DNA from: Octopus vulgaris
Lineage: Eukaryota
Direction: 5' to 3'
Length of the DNA stretch: 64,000 nucleotides
Assembly: GCA_951406725.2 (NCBI GenBank)
Contig: OX597833.1
Span: 29,822,001-29,886,000, forward strand
The position numbers and the translations under genes are program-made. This document shows positions 18,434 to 31,725 of this stretch, one piece after another. The notes below the pieces were generated by a model. The model worked only from the letters and a program-made list of their open reading frames with translations, had not been told where the DNA came from and ran no database searches. Each line of letters begins with the position of its first letter. The stretch's first letter is position 1.

Positions 18434-18915
18434 AAGATAAGACAGTAAGGTGTGATTTGAGGGAGATTTAGCTGCTATTTCTACCATGTCTAGCTGCCAT
18501 GTAGGGGTCTCCCTCATAGGCTCATACATACATATATACATAGATAAGACAGTAAGGTGTGATTTGGGGGAAATTTGGCTGCTATTTCTACCAGGTCTAG
18601 CTGCCATGTAGGGGTCTCCCTCATAGGCTCATACATACATATATACATAGATAAGACAGTAAGGTGTGATTTGGGGGAAATTTGGCTGCTATTTCTACCA
18701 GGTCTAGCTGCCATGTAGGGGTCTCCCTCATAGGCTCATACATACATATATACATAGATAAGACAGTAAGGTGTGATTTGGGGGAAATTTGGCTGCTATT
18801 TCTACCAGGTCTAGCTACCATGTAGAGGTCCCCCTCATTGGCTCATATATATATACATACATAAGACAGTAAGGTGTGATTTGAGGGAGATTTGGCTGCT
18901 GTTTCTACCAGGTCT
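18434..18915 (+). repeat. 107 bp tandem repeat, about 4.5 copies, derived from an interspersed repeat
   Basis: Unit agataagacagtaaggtgtgatttg...catacatatatacat; a related single copy lies at about 50085-50165. Confidence 0.93.
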
Positions 18916-18981
18916 GTTAGGCCTTCTCATGTAAACTCAAGCTTTCTCATTCCTTCAACATATGACCAAAGCAGAGAATGT

Positions 18982-19230
18982 ATTCTTTTATTCTTCTGCT
19001 TTTTCCAGCCATTGGTCTGTGGCCATGCTGGGGCAATGCCTTGAAGAATTGTAGTTTAATGAATCAACTCCAGTTTTATTTTTGTAAGCATTGTACTTAT
19101 TCTATCTGTTTCCTTTGTCAAACCACTAGGTGACAGGGATGTAAACAAACCAGCATTCGTTGTCAAGCAGTGGTGGAGGACAATCACAAGCACAGACACG
19201 CACACACACACACATACATGCATACACATA
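18982..19230 (-). mobile_element. SINE family A, diverged 3' half
   Basis: ggccatgctgggg...gtacttattctatc...gtaaacaaaccagca...gtcaagc. Confidence 0.8.
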
Positions 19231-19276
19231 TACACACATACATACATACATATATATATATGTGTGTATATATATA

Positions 19277-19535
19277 TTGCAGCGTGGAAGGTGTTTGTAA
19301 GCCATTTAAGAAACACACAAAAACCGTTACATTCACTTCAACATTTAAATTTAATTTGCCAAAATATTTTCGTCGCTTTCAGACCGCGACCTGTTCACTG
19401 ACAAAAATATCGTGCTAACAGGTCGCGGTCTCAAAGCGACGAAAATATTTTCACAAATTAAATTTAAATGTTGAAGTGAATCTAACGGTTTTTGTGTGTT
19501 TCTTAAATGGCTTATAAACACCTTCAACGCTGCAA
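19277..19535. repeat. Inverted repeat (~118 bp arms, ~21 nt loop), possibly Penelope-derived
   Basis: ttgcagcgtggaagg...gacctgtt / aacaggtc...ccttcaacgctgcaa. Confidence 0.9.
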
Positions 19536-19699
19536 CTGTTTTCGTTCCAGCACACGATCTCAGATCAAGTCACTTGCTATGCAAGTACATCTCTGTAACT
19601 ATATATATATTTACATATATATATATATATGTATATTGGTAAAAACAGTAAGATAACAAAAGAAAGAAAGAGACCTCAATATTATGTAAATAGAGGAAA

Positions 19700-20083
19700 T
19701 CTTTATATATAAAAGTGAGGTTGTGTGTCTGTCTCCTACGATTTAGATTCCTAACTACTCCCACATTTTGCGGTGCAGTTTTACCAAAACCGGGTATCTT
19801 ATAGTCGTGATTCATATCGAGACCGTCTGGGTATTAGCATGAGTCTACGATTTTAAAAAAAATTTACCATCAATTTTTCCCATTTTTAATCCATTTTTGA
19901 CATATATAAGGGAAGTAACTCTCTAAAATTTATTATTAAATCTCAGAACGTAAAAAGCTACAGTAACACCCCTCCCCCTTTGTGGTTAGCCATATTGAGA
20001 TGGCTATTATACTTTACATCTCTAAAAATGCTTATATAATTATTTCCCTTACAAACCCGAGCAACGCCGGGCGATACTGCTAG
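19700..20083 (+). mobile_element. Non-autonomous Helitron family B (shorter copy)
   Basis: A|TCTTTATATATAAAA ... CCCGAGCAACGCCGGG hairpin, CTAG|T. Confidence 0.85.
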
Positions 20084-20149
20084 TATATATATATATGTAT
20101 GTATATATGTATATATATATATGTATGTATATATGTATATATATATATA

Positions 20150-20587
20150 TGTATGTATGTATGAAAAAAGAAGGGAGAAATCGTAGCCTGCTCATGGACA
20201 TCGCTGTAAGCCAGGGGGAAGAAATGATAGTGAATGGTGGAGATCGAATTAAAGGGAATATGCAAAGGTTGAACATTTTAGAGAAACGGGCGGGAATGGC
20301 GATGTTTTTAGGGTGGCATGTAGAAAGAAACCTTTGCATATTCCCTTTAATTCGATCTCCACCATTCACTATCATTTCTTCCCCCTGGCTTACAGCGATG
20401 TCCATGAGCAGGCTACGATTTCTCCCTTCTTTTTTCATACATACATACATACATTTGTCTTCCGTTTAAATGTTTTGAACTTATAACCACCAATCTGCTT
20501 TGCTTTCCTTTTCTGTCTACATGCCACCCTAAAAACATCGCCATTCCCGCCCGTTTCTCTAAAATGTTCAACCTTTGCATATTCCCG
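20150..20587. repeat. Complex inverted duplication (A-B-A'-x-B')
   Basis: 20161-20270 is the reverse complement of 20329-20438; 20253-20324 is the reverse complement of 20516-20587. Confidence 0.9.
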
Positions 20588-20627
20588 GTGCACCCGCCCT
20601 TGCCCACCCCCACCACCAATACCGGAT

Positions 20628-21080
20628 ATCTCTATATTTTTGTTCCATCTATACCGGATGTCGCTTCTCCCACCACCATTATAGGTGTCTACTCTTCGAA
20701 CCCCCTCTTCAACACGCTATTTCACCATGCATTACCCTCTCTTGATATCCTACGTTCTACTTGCCTAGAACCTGTCATCATTTCTCTGAACCACCCCTCC
20801 CCACTGGTGCTCCCCTATATATTTCTGCATCCCCCCCCCATAAAAAGCACCATCCGAACGTGGCCGATGCCAGACCCCTCTGGCACCTGTGCAGGTGGCA
20901 CGTAAAAAACACCCACTACACTCGCGGAGTGGTTGGCGTTAGGAAGGGCATCCAGCTGTAGAAACACTGCCAGACTAGACTGGAGCCTGGGGCAGTCCCG
21001 AGCTCCCCAGACCCCGGTCGAAACCGTCCAACCCGTGCTAGCGCGGAAAACGGACGTTAAACGATGATGATGATGATGAT
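20628..21080 (+). mobile_element. Second copy of the composite segment plus RTE 3' UTR and (GAT)n
   Basis: Matches 15617-16114. Confidence 0.8.
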
Positions 21081-22328
21081 ATGTATGTATATATGTATAT
21101 ATATATATATATGTATGTATATATGTATATATATATATATGTATGTATATATGTATATATATATATATATGTATGTATATATGTATATATATATATATGT
21201 GTATGTATATATATATATGTGTATGTATATATATATATGTGTATGTATATATATATATGTGTATGTATATATGTATTTATATATATATATATGTATATAT
21301 ATGTGTATATATATGTATATATATATATGTATGTATATATGTATATATATATATGTATGTATATATGTGTATATATATATATATGTATGTATATATGTAT
21401 ATATATATATGTATGTATATATGTATATATATATATGTATGTATATATGTATATATATATATGTATGTATATATGTATATATATATATGTATGTATATAT
21501 GTATATATATATATGTATGTATATATGTATATATATATATATGTATGTATATCTGTATGTATATCTGTATATATATATATATGTATGTATATATGTATAT
21601 ATATATATATATGTATGTATATATGTATATATATATATGTATGTATATATATATGTATGTATATATGTATGTATATATGTATATATATATGTATGTATAT
21701 ATGTATATATATATGTATGTATATATGTATATATATATATGTATATATATGTATATATATATATATGTATATATATGTATATATATATATGTATATATAT
21801 GTATATATATATGTATATATATGTATATATATATGTATATATATGTATATATATGTATATATGTGTGTATATATATATATGTATATATGTAAAAATATAT
21901 ATATATGCGTGTATATCTATATATATATATGTATATATGTAAAAATATATATATATGCGTTTATATCTATATATATATATATGTATATATGTAAAAATAT
22001 ATATATATGCGTGTATATCTATATATATATATGTATATATGTAAAAATATATATATATGCGTGTATATCTATATGTATATATGTATATATATATGTATAT
22101 ATATATATGTATGTATGTATATATGTAAAAATATATATGTATATATGTGTGTATATTCGTATATATATGTATGTATATATATATATATATCTATATGCAT
22201 ATATATGCATACGTATATATATATGTGCATATGTACATATATATATATATACATGTGTATATATATATGTATATATACATATATATATATGTATATATAT
22301 ATATACATGTGTATATATATGTATGCAA

Positions 22329-22364
<36 letters not shown>

Positions 22365-22420
22365 GTGTATATATATATATACATGTGCATATATATATAT
22401 GTATATATACATGTCATATA
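21081..22420. repeat. (TA)n/(TATG)n microsatellite
   Basis: Directly visible. Confidence 0.95.
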
Positions 22421-22544
22421 GGATAAAATTTTGAAAATATTTTATCAGTGGCCAGCATATTAAACAATACCTTTTTAGGTGAAAATTATAAACAACTCAA
22501 ATATGGGCAAAAAAAAGAATGTTATGCCAAACATGCCGGGAATA

Positions 22545-23075
22545 TCGTTTTAATCATCATTAATCACATTTAATTCATCACTATAAGCACGTTTCTTGAA
22601 GCAATCTGACAGAAATTTCTCAAAAATTCTGTTATTACCGAATCTGTCCAATTGTTGAGTTTCTTCATAAAGAATTTTCTTGTTATCAGCTGTAAGTTTT
22701 CGAAAATTTTATCCTATATTAGATGTAAATTTAATATCATTAATTTCCAGACTGTCTCTTACTCTATGAGAATTTTTAGTCTGATCCCACGTGTCTTGAG
22801 GTGTGCTGCAAAATTTCTATTTGGATATATTTGGGGTACTTAAGTGTACTACTGACTTTGTGTCTGCTTGTTCCATGGCTGCAAATAAGTATTTCATTTA
22901 TTTCTTAATGTATTTACTGCTGATGACAAGAAAATTCTTAATGAATCAACTCAGAAATCAGACCGATTCGATAATCATGGAAGTTTTTAGAAATTTCTGT
23001 AAGCTTGCTTCGAGACACGTGCTTATAGTGATGAATTATATGTGGTAATTAACGATTTAAAGTCTATTCTCGGCA
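22545..23075. repeat. Diverged inverted repeat (~150 bp arms), probable Penelope-like remnant
   Basis: taattcatcactataagcacgtttcttgaagcaa versus ttgcttcgagacacgtgcttatagtgatgaatta; aagaattttcttgttatcagc versus gctgatgacaagaaaattctt. Confidence 0.75.
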
Positions 23076-24059
23076 TATTTTTTCTGTTAGCATTTTAACG
23101 ACTGTGGAGGATGCAAAAGAAATAAAAGACTTTTAATTGGTTTGAATAGTGTAATATACTGATGAATATGTTTCCTCAGATACTCCTCATTCCCTGTACT
23201 TTTGATAGAAATCCTAGACTGTGTGTATTTGTTGGATCAATGATATCACACCATATATTGAATTACCATATGATGGATTAAGTTCAAACTTGACATGTTT
23301 ATTAATAGCTATACTGTTTATCCATACTGTTAAAGACACCCCCCACTTACTTTTAATGTATAATCAGTGCTAATTATAAAGTTTGGTTATTATTTGTCCT
23401 TGCATCTTTTGTATGTAGGTGTCCCTGAGAAATAATAGAATTATATTTCATGATATATTTTATATTATAAAATTATATCATAGAATTATAGAATTATATT
23501 TTAAAATTGTATGTCTTCATCATTATACTTTATTTATTATTGAGTAAAAATACTTGCAGTCCATTTTCCTTGAACACTTAGTTTTAAAATCTTATTTATG
23601 TTGCTCATTGACACCATGTGATTGATCATTTACTCTGAGGTAGGAGTCTATATAAAATTTTGCTAAAATTCCTGATGATATTTTAATTATAAAAATATAA
23701 TAGGATTTTTTCAACATCAAATAACTATGAGGGTCCACTTGAATAAAATAGGGATCACAAGGGATCCATAAGTAAAAACAAAAATAGTTGAGAACCAATG
23801 GCTCTGCATAACTTATTCATTATTTTATATTTAATTTTGAGGATAATTAACTACACATATCTTATTTACACTGCAGTGAATCATTTACAAATGAGTTCAG
23901 AGGAAGAGTTATTTCTTTCATTTTATCATCACTAAGTCAGTAGACTGAACCTCTATAATACTGGATTTTCATAATTTTATAGAGATATATATTCTGTTTA
24001 TTTTGTTGTCATATCTGTTTGCTCTCTGTAATCTGGATATAGCATATAATTTTGGCTTC

Positions 24060-25168
24060 CAATAATGTTAAAAATTATTTTTGATATTTAACTTTTCAAT
24101 AAAAATTTGTAATATAATGAAACTAAAATTTCAATAAAGTATTAATGCTATTGGCATATTCTTACAATATTTTTAACACGGCATTGTCATTTACATAAGT
24201 TTTCAGCTCATATTTCATTATAAAAATGAAATTTTCTTTTGATTCCAAATTTTTAAAATGATATTGACAGTTCTGTGGTGCTTTTAAAATATCGGTATTC
24301 CAATTATGTATCTAATGGTCTCAACACCTCAGTGATAAATATATAGTGATGTCTTTTTATTCAATTGGAATATTTAATGAGAATATCACAAAGAAAAATT
24401 TACTACTATGTATTGAGTATTCATTTTCAAGTACTCAAAATATATTTCCTTTTACCTGTATTTTTTTTTCATTTTATTTAAATATTAAAAAAAAAGTTTT
24501 CTTCATTCAGTAAGACTTTTGCTGATTTCAGTCAAATACTTAATGATATCAGTATTTTGGAAATAAAATTTGATGATAATATTTCAGTGAACATTTCTAT
24601 TGATATTGTTTTTGCAATAGAGCATTTAATGATATCAGTATTGCAGTGCTAACATCTAACTAATGATATTAATATATCACTTAATGGTATTGACATTACA
24701 GTAGAAATATTTAACACTACTGGCATTGCAGTCATGCATTTAATGATATTGACATTTTAGCTAAGTATTTACTGATACAGACATTTCAATAAAACATATA
24801 TCAACATTTCAGTTAAATGTTGACACTTCAGGGGGGAAAATGATATTTCTTTTTCCATGTAATATTTAATGATGATAACATGCTGATAGAAATATCAACA
24901 TTTCAATGGAAGATTTAACAGAGTAAACAATATTATTGAAAGTAAACTTTTAATAATAATACCGACTTTTTGGTAAAATTTTTTATTGAGAATATCATTT
25001 CAATAATGCATTTAATGATATAAACATCTCTGTAAAGCATTTAATGATATTAGCAGAAGTTTATTGATTTGCATTATCAAGGAGTATTTTTACTGTAAAC
25101 ATTTCACTGAACATTTAATGGTATAAACATTTCACTAAAACATTTAATGATATATATATCTATCTACC

Positions 25169-25201
<33 letters not shown>

Positions 25202-27410
25202 ATATTTCAGTGAAATATTTAATGGTATAAATAGTTAATTGAAACATTTAATAATAAACATTTAGGTAATGCAAGTGTTGCTAGACTTTTGTTGATTTAT
25301 TTTCTTAAGATATTTAAAATTGTAGGTATTTTAGTAAGCCATTTATCATAAACATTTCAGTCAGGCATTTGCTGATTGCGACATTTCAATAAAACATTTA
25401 ATGGGATTGATATCATATCTATAAAAGGGAGGATGTGTGTACGTGATTGTAATTTATGCACATCCACAAATTAGCACGCATGTCACTCAAATTTTAGGAG
25501 GACATTTGTCAACACCCTATCTGGGTTTTGTGGACTTATTTTTTCCCCCAAGGCACCTGCAAATAGGGTAAAAATCTATTTTCAACCATAGCTTTTAACC
25601 ATAACAAATATCAGCCATTACTTTTTGATGGCGTCTAACAAAAAAAAATAAGATAAAGAAAAGTGGAAGAAGGAGGCAGAGAGTTTCATGGGAAAGACAA
25701 AATGAAAGAAGGAAAGAGAGAGAGAGAGAGAGTAGGTGACTACGTTCATAAAAAATAAAATGTTTTGTTTTTTGTTTTTGAAAGGCACACTATATTTTAT
25801 AATCATAGTATATATACTTTCTCACACAACAATTACAATATATTTATTTTAAATTGTTTACCCCCCTCTCTCTCTCTCACACATTACTTTGGGTGCAAAA
25901 AAGTTTTGTTTTTATTTTACGCCGAGTAAAAATGTTTTGTTGACAATCCGTTTATTTAACAACAAAGAAACAAAGAGGTGAGTAACAATTTGTCAGTGAA
26001 TTACACACTATAAATGGGTACAATTTGCAAGGCTTCCACCACACCCCCACTCCATTTCACGGACCACAAAAAGGGTTTTGAGGCCAGAGTAGTTGATTCC
26101 ACGCAAAAAAAACGATTTTTTTTCTTTTTTTGCGCGAGTGTTAATCTACAAATTTAACAACATTTTCCCCATTCATTTCTGTTTATGAACATGTATGCAT
26201 GCACAAAACATGCAATAGGTGTACGTACGTGTGTGTATGTGTGTTCGTGTCTGTTGCCCATACATATTTATATTATTTTATTTATATATAATATAACTAA
26301 TTTCAATGGATTTCACCCAAATTCGATGTCTATATTACTTAGTTTGGTTTGAAATAAAGAACTTGATTAGCTTAATAATCGTAACTTAATCCCGGGCAAG
26401 ACCGGGTTATACTGCTAGTTTCAGCAATAATACTTAATGATAAACATTGCGGTGAGCTTTCTTTTAACGATAGAACATTTAATAACAACAACATTGTAGT
26501 GAAAGCATCTAATTATATTAATATATCAGTGATATGAATATTGCAGTCAAACATTTAATGAAATTGACCTTTTAGTTAAGTATTTAATGATACTGACATT
26601 TCAATAAAACAGATAATGATATCAACATTTCAGTTATATGTATCTCATGATGTTGACACATCAGGGGAAAGAATTATTTAGATTTCTTTTCAATGAATTA
26701 TTTTATGATTTCATGCCAATAAAAAGAAATGAATATAAAGTCTCAAAAATGACCCCAGGTCCTCTATGCAAAGTTTCTTCAAATATTACCTAAACTTTTT
26801 TTTCCTGGATATATTGTGCAACTGAAATTGGGGTGCATCTTTTGTGCCATCAAATATGGCATTTCAGTGGATCATTTATTTATGTAAACATTTCAGTGAT
26901 ACATTTAATGAGATAAGCATTGCAGTAAGCATTCAAATGTATAAATGTTGCTATAAACATTGAAGTCATATAAACAAATATATGAAAGAAATATTTAGTA
27001 GAAACATTTCAGTGAAGCATCCAGCATTTTATTATTTTACTGATATAAATATTTCAATAAAACATTTAGTGATATAGTCATTTTTCATAAAACATTTATT
27101 GATATGATATAGAGAGATAGATATTTCTGTAGAACATTTAAAGATGTATCAAAAGTTTTCATGATGTCAACATTTTAGAAAAAAAAATTTGAGACAAAAA
27201 ACAAAAAAAAATTAGAGTATTTAATTATATCAACATTTTAGTGAAGCATTTAAGGATATTGATATTTCAGTAAAACATTTCTTGAAATCAAGAATCCAGT
27301 AAAACAGCCTTTAATGACTTTTCAGTAAAGTATTTAATGATATAAACATTACAAAAAAATATTTAATCATATCAACATATTAAAACATTTAACCATATTA
27401 TTTTCAGAAG
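24060..27410 (+). repeat. Degenerate ~30 bp minisatellite (consensus about AACATTTAATGATATTGACATTTCAGTGAA)
   Basis: Recurring catttaatgata / acatttcag motifs over about 3 kb, split by a Helitron. Confidence 0.8.
25413..26418 (+). mobile_element. Non-autonomous Helitron (~1 kb)
   Basis: A|TCATATCTATAAAAGG 5' end; CCCGGGCAAGACCGGG hairpin plus CTAG|T; removing it restores the minisatellite unit gattgata|tttcag. Confidence 0.85.
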
Positions 27411-27589
27411 TTTTAAAAAAATGTATGAGTGAGTGAGTGACTGGGTGGGTAGGCATGCATGCACAGGCGTTTCTTTCAAGCATTATTCCAGTCTTAACAT
27501 TTTTGCTGAAGGCACAAGGCATCAGACCATCCTTTAATTCAAAATGATGGAAGGTTTATTTCATTCAAGACTAGGTTGCCGACTACCCT

Positions 27590-28570
27590 TACCGCATTCC
27601 TTTCTTCATTCTTACTGAGACCCACCTCAATAACTTTCATTCAGAAGCTAAAGTAAAGGTGAGGAACTACGCTACCATTTGTGCAGATCGCACCAGAAAG
27701 GGAGGAATTGCTATTTCCCTACATGACTCATTTACCACCGGTACAAATGTTTAATTCTCCCATGGCTATTGTGAATCAGTGTCTATGTATAACAAAACTA
27801 ATGATTTAGTAATGATTGGACTCTACAGGCCACCCCAGGTACCAATGCCAATCTAATAATGTTTCAAAAATGGGTGACTTTTATTTCCCCCGTGTTGATT
27901 GCTCTACTCAAACCTCAAAGACAGGTGTGTGCATTTTAACCCTAGAGAAAGCAGCAGTGGAATCACTTTTTGAATCCATGAATGAATTTTTACTATCCCA
28001 TTTCATGCTCATACCAGTGATATTCAACAAAAACACATTGGACTTAGTGTTTAGTAACCACACTAATGCTCTCCATAATATTATAGTAGCACTATGATAT
28101 GGTTCTCTATGGTCTGAGATTCCAGCAACCAAAAATGATGCTGTACAATCTTGCTCACCATTTTGATCTCATGGATCTACACAATGCTAACTGGAATCTA
28201 ATCACTCATGACTTCAAACTTTATTCCTCTCAATGCTTCTGTGTGCACTATACCATTGGAATGATGTGGAAAATATTCCAACAGCACTGCTCAAATGATG
28301 TTGGCATCAACTTTTAAAATTCACCCAAGTTTTGGCTCCATGCATTCTGTCCTACAGAAATCATGCTCTCATCATATCACAACACTAAAACAGAACTGTT
28401 TCACCTCAACTGACCCTGCTCTCTGTAACATCGCACAAAGAAACATAGAGAAGAAAAAGAGTTCATAACATTCAAACAGGCTCTAGATGAATATCTTCAA
28501 CAAATTCCAGGTAAATCTACACCTGGATATATCTCTGTAAACAATTACACTTTTCTCAAATGGGCTGTGG
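27590..28570 (+). pseudogene. Old degenerate CR1/L2-group LINE (APE remnants plus extreme C-terminus)
   Basis: Scattered frames give ILTETHL, DRTRKGG, LYRPP, GDF, NTLDLVFSN, NANW, LDEYLQQIP. Confidence 0.75.
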
Positions 28571-28815
28571 TGCCCAAAGAATGACTAGTATGAAACATCA
28601 TTAAATGTTGGACATGACCTAGGCCAATTCTGGACAAGACGTGTGTGTGTGTCTATGTCTGTCTGCATATATATATATATACACACACACACTCACACAC
28701 AAGTAATATATATACACAGAGGTGAGCATATAGCTGCAAAACAAGGTGAAAAATAGTACTCAAATACCAAAGGTAGAGTAATTTGCTTTTATTAAAGCTG
28801 CAAACTTATCATAAA

Positions 28816-28857
28816 AACTGTTACTCAGAGTTTCACATTCCCATTCATTGGACAGTT
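28816..28857 (-). ncRNA. Degenerate type I hammerhead ribozyme-like motif
   Basis: AACTGT-CCAATGA-ATGGGAATGT-GAAA-CTCTGAG-TA-ACAGTT: helices I and III pair perfectly; the core deviates from CUGAnGA. Confidence 0.6.
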
Positions 28858-28867
28858 ATGATGAAAT

Positions 28868-28954
<87 letters not shown>

Positions 28955-30459
28955 TTTGTTTCAGCTCAGAGCTGCGGCCATGCTGATGCACCGCCATTTA
29001 TATATATATATAAATATAAAACAACCTTATTCAGATGTCTCAAACATCTATATTTCAAAAGAGTTAATATCATCATAGTGCAGATACAATCTGGTCAGCT
29101 GAGTCTGATTTGATTTTCATTTACAGTTGTAACTATTTCAGTTGATTTAGGTCACTTAAAACCTTCCAGTTAGGCTGGAACATCAAACAATCTTATTCTT
29201 GAGAATCTCTTCTTGTCTATGTAAGAAATCACTTGTACAACATCAATGTAATTAATTTATAAATAACTTTTAATTATTTGAAGATTTTGTTTTTGAATAC
29301 TAATAAATGTAAACTTTTATGCATATAGTATATAAAGTGTATGTATATGTATGTGTGTGTACACACATAAACATGCACACATTTCAATAATTTCTGTAGA
29401 GAGAGTTAGATAAGTCTGTTCCTTGTGGTAGAATTGTATGTAAATAGCTGCTATTTTCAATTGAGTTTATGAAACATAACTCTTTAGAATATTTTCTGAA
29501 GAAACAGTTCATAAGTATAGAATGTTTCTGAAGAAATGTCTTCCCTTTAGAATATTCTCTGAACAGAAACATTTTCAAAATTTTTAGATTTTTTAAAAAA
29601 CAACTCGCAGAAACAAGTGCATACCAGGTATTAACAAGCTTATGAAGTTATCGGGAGAGAACATGTGCCATTTCGGAGCCTTCCGCTCAAAAGTGCTATT
29701 GCACCCCCACCCCATCCCCTCACTGAGATGAAGCCCCATTTGCTAGATCAACTGGTTACTAGGTTTCGGTCAATATTTTAGCCACTGCTCATCATTCCTC
29801 TTTAACCAAATTCAGTGGCTTACGTTCACCACTGTAGCCTGGATATCCCTCATAATGGTATTTGTTTTATGTGTTAGGTCTAGCAGCAACAAAAATGAAG
29901 TAATTTATGATGAATTCTTTTCTGCAAAATTTATATTTTATTTATATATGAGTGGAAGAAAATCTGAATAAGTTATTATCATCATCTTCTTCTTCATGAT
30001 TATGAGGGGTTGGTAGCAGAATTGATAGTTCATCTAGAAAAAAAAGTTTTGTAGTAGATAAGTCCCATTTATCTTTTTTTTAATGGGATAGATCTACAAA
30101 ATACCCATAATATAGAATTGTTAGAAAAGGAGGGATACTTTAAATAATTAATTTAAAAACCTTGTTTAAATTTTCTCACTGAAGAATCTTCCCCATTCTT
30201 CCTTGTGATGAAGTCTGCAAATTTCTGTTGGTCAAGATATATATTGCAGTAATTTTTGTTTGATATTTCTGCCTTTAAAATGTGGCCTCAACATGCAGAG
30301 AGTGATATTTCCTTTTTTATCATTCTCTGGTCACCAAATATTCACTGCTATTTTGTCAAAATGTTATAAATTAAAATCACTTCTTTACCACTTTATTATC
30401 TGTTGTGCTTAATAATTTGTCGTAGTTAGAGTGGTGAGTGAGCAGAAATGTTTCCTGTA

Positions 30460-31725
30460 CCCTTTTGTTACTATATTTCTGACCAAAATACACCCCTCAT
30501 GAGTTTCAATTAAATTCTAAAATAATCATGAATTTAGGCTTGTTTCATTAAATAACTATAACTTTTTTACTTATCAACATATTAAAGTGATATTTGGAAC
30601 ATAATTAAAGAAAGGGTTCTTAATCAATTCTATTGCATAACTTTTGTCTCAAAGTGACTTTAATTACAGGTAAATCCAGGTAAATTGAACAAAAGGTAAA
30701 AATATTAAAATTTTGTTTAAACATCACCATAGAAAATGAATCATCAGCTAATATTCAGTCGGGTATGCAACAAAATTTTGATAAAGAAGAATTGTGCACA
30801 TCACTAGATCATCAGTTGTATTTAATGCACAACAGGTGTACCATAAAGGTGGAATAAACTGAAATACTGGAATCCACCGCAAGTTTGACCGAACTAAAGA
30901 AATCGGTCAAAAAATAATATACGGCCCTGGTTATGGTATGGAAGTGATAAATTCCAGACCACATCGTTCCCTAGGCCATGCTGACTAACATTATTTTCCC
31001 TGTATAAAAACTAAATCCACAACAGTACCCTGTATTTGCTTCACAAATTTTCCAAACTTTGAACCCCCATTTTGTGTTTGTTTACAATCTGCGTAAATTT
31101 GTTTTCGAAGTGATCGCTTCAAACTAGCATACTGAAAAAAATAAAAGTCTAATGGTTTCACTTCCTAAGAAAGACTATAGATAAACTTTATCTCCTCAGA
31201 AAAATTGCTAATAAAAACATTTTAAAAGTTTTTTACTTCATTTCTATGTAAAATCGTCTTCGCTGTCGCCATCACTGATTTGTTTCTTCAGAATCGCTTT
31301 CATTTTCGGATAAAAAAAATCCTATTCATTATTTTGTACACCACATGCTTTAAGACCTCATGCATTCTTTTTCTCGATATCTCCCTATTTTCCGTTGGGA
31401 AAGCTTTAAATTCAGAATCAATGCTTGATAAACATGAAACTCCTATCCGTTTTCAAAGTTGAAGAAAAATCGATGCCGAAAAAAATGTGGAAAAAAATCT
31501 CTCAAAATTCACTGAGTTGAGATATCACGTCAAGCAATGTCGGATACTATAAGCCAACTATTTACAAAGTGAAATCGCATGTTTTAACAAATGTACCAAC
31601 GAGATTTGGGTTCAAATTTACATTTAAATAACAATAGGTTCTCGCGGCAGGGTATGGCCGGGTCGGTATTATAACCCAAAAAATTTTTCGGCCGGGTATG
31701 GCCGGGTTAGTAACGAAAGGGTTAA
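30460..31725. mobile_element. Non-autonomous piggyBac-like element
   Basis: TIRs CCCTTTTGTTACTA / TAGTAACGAAAGGG|TTAA; subterminal gggtatggccgggt repeats; left TTAA degenerate. Confidence 0.7.
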
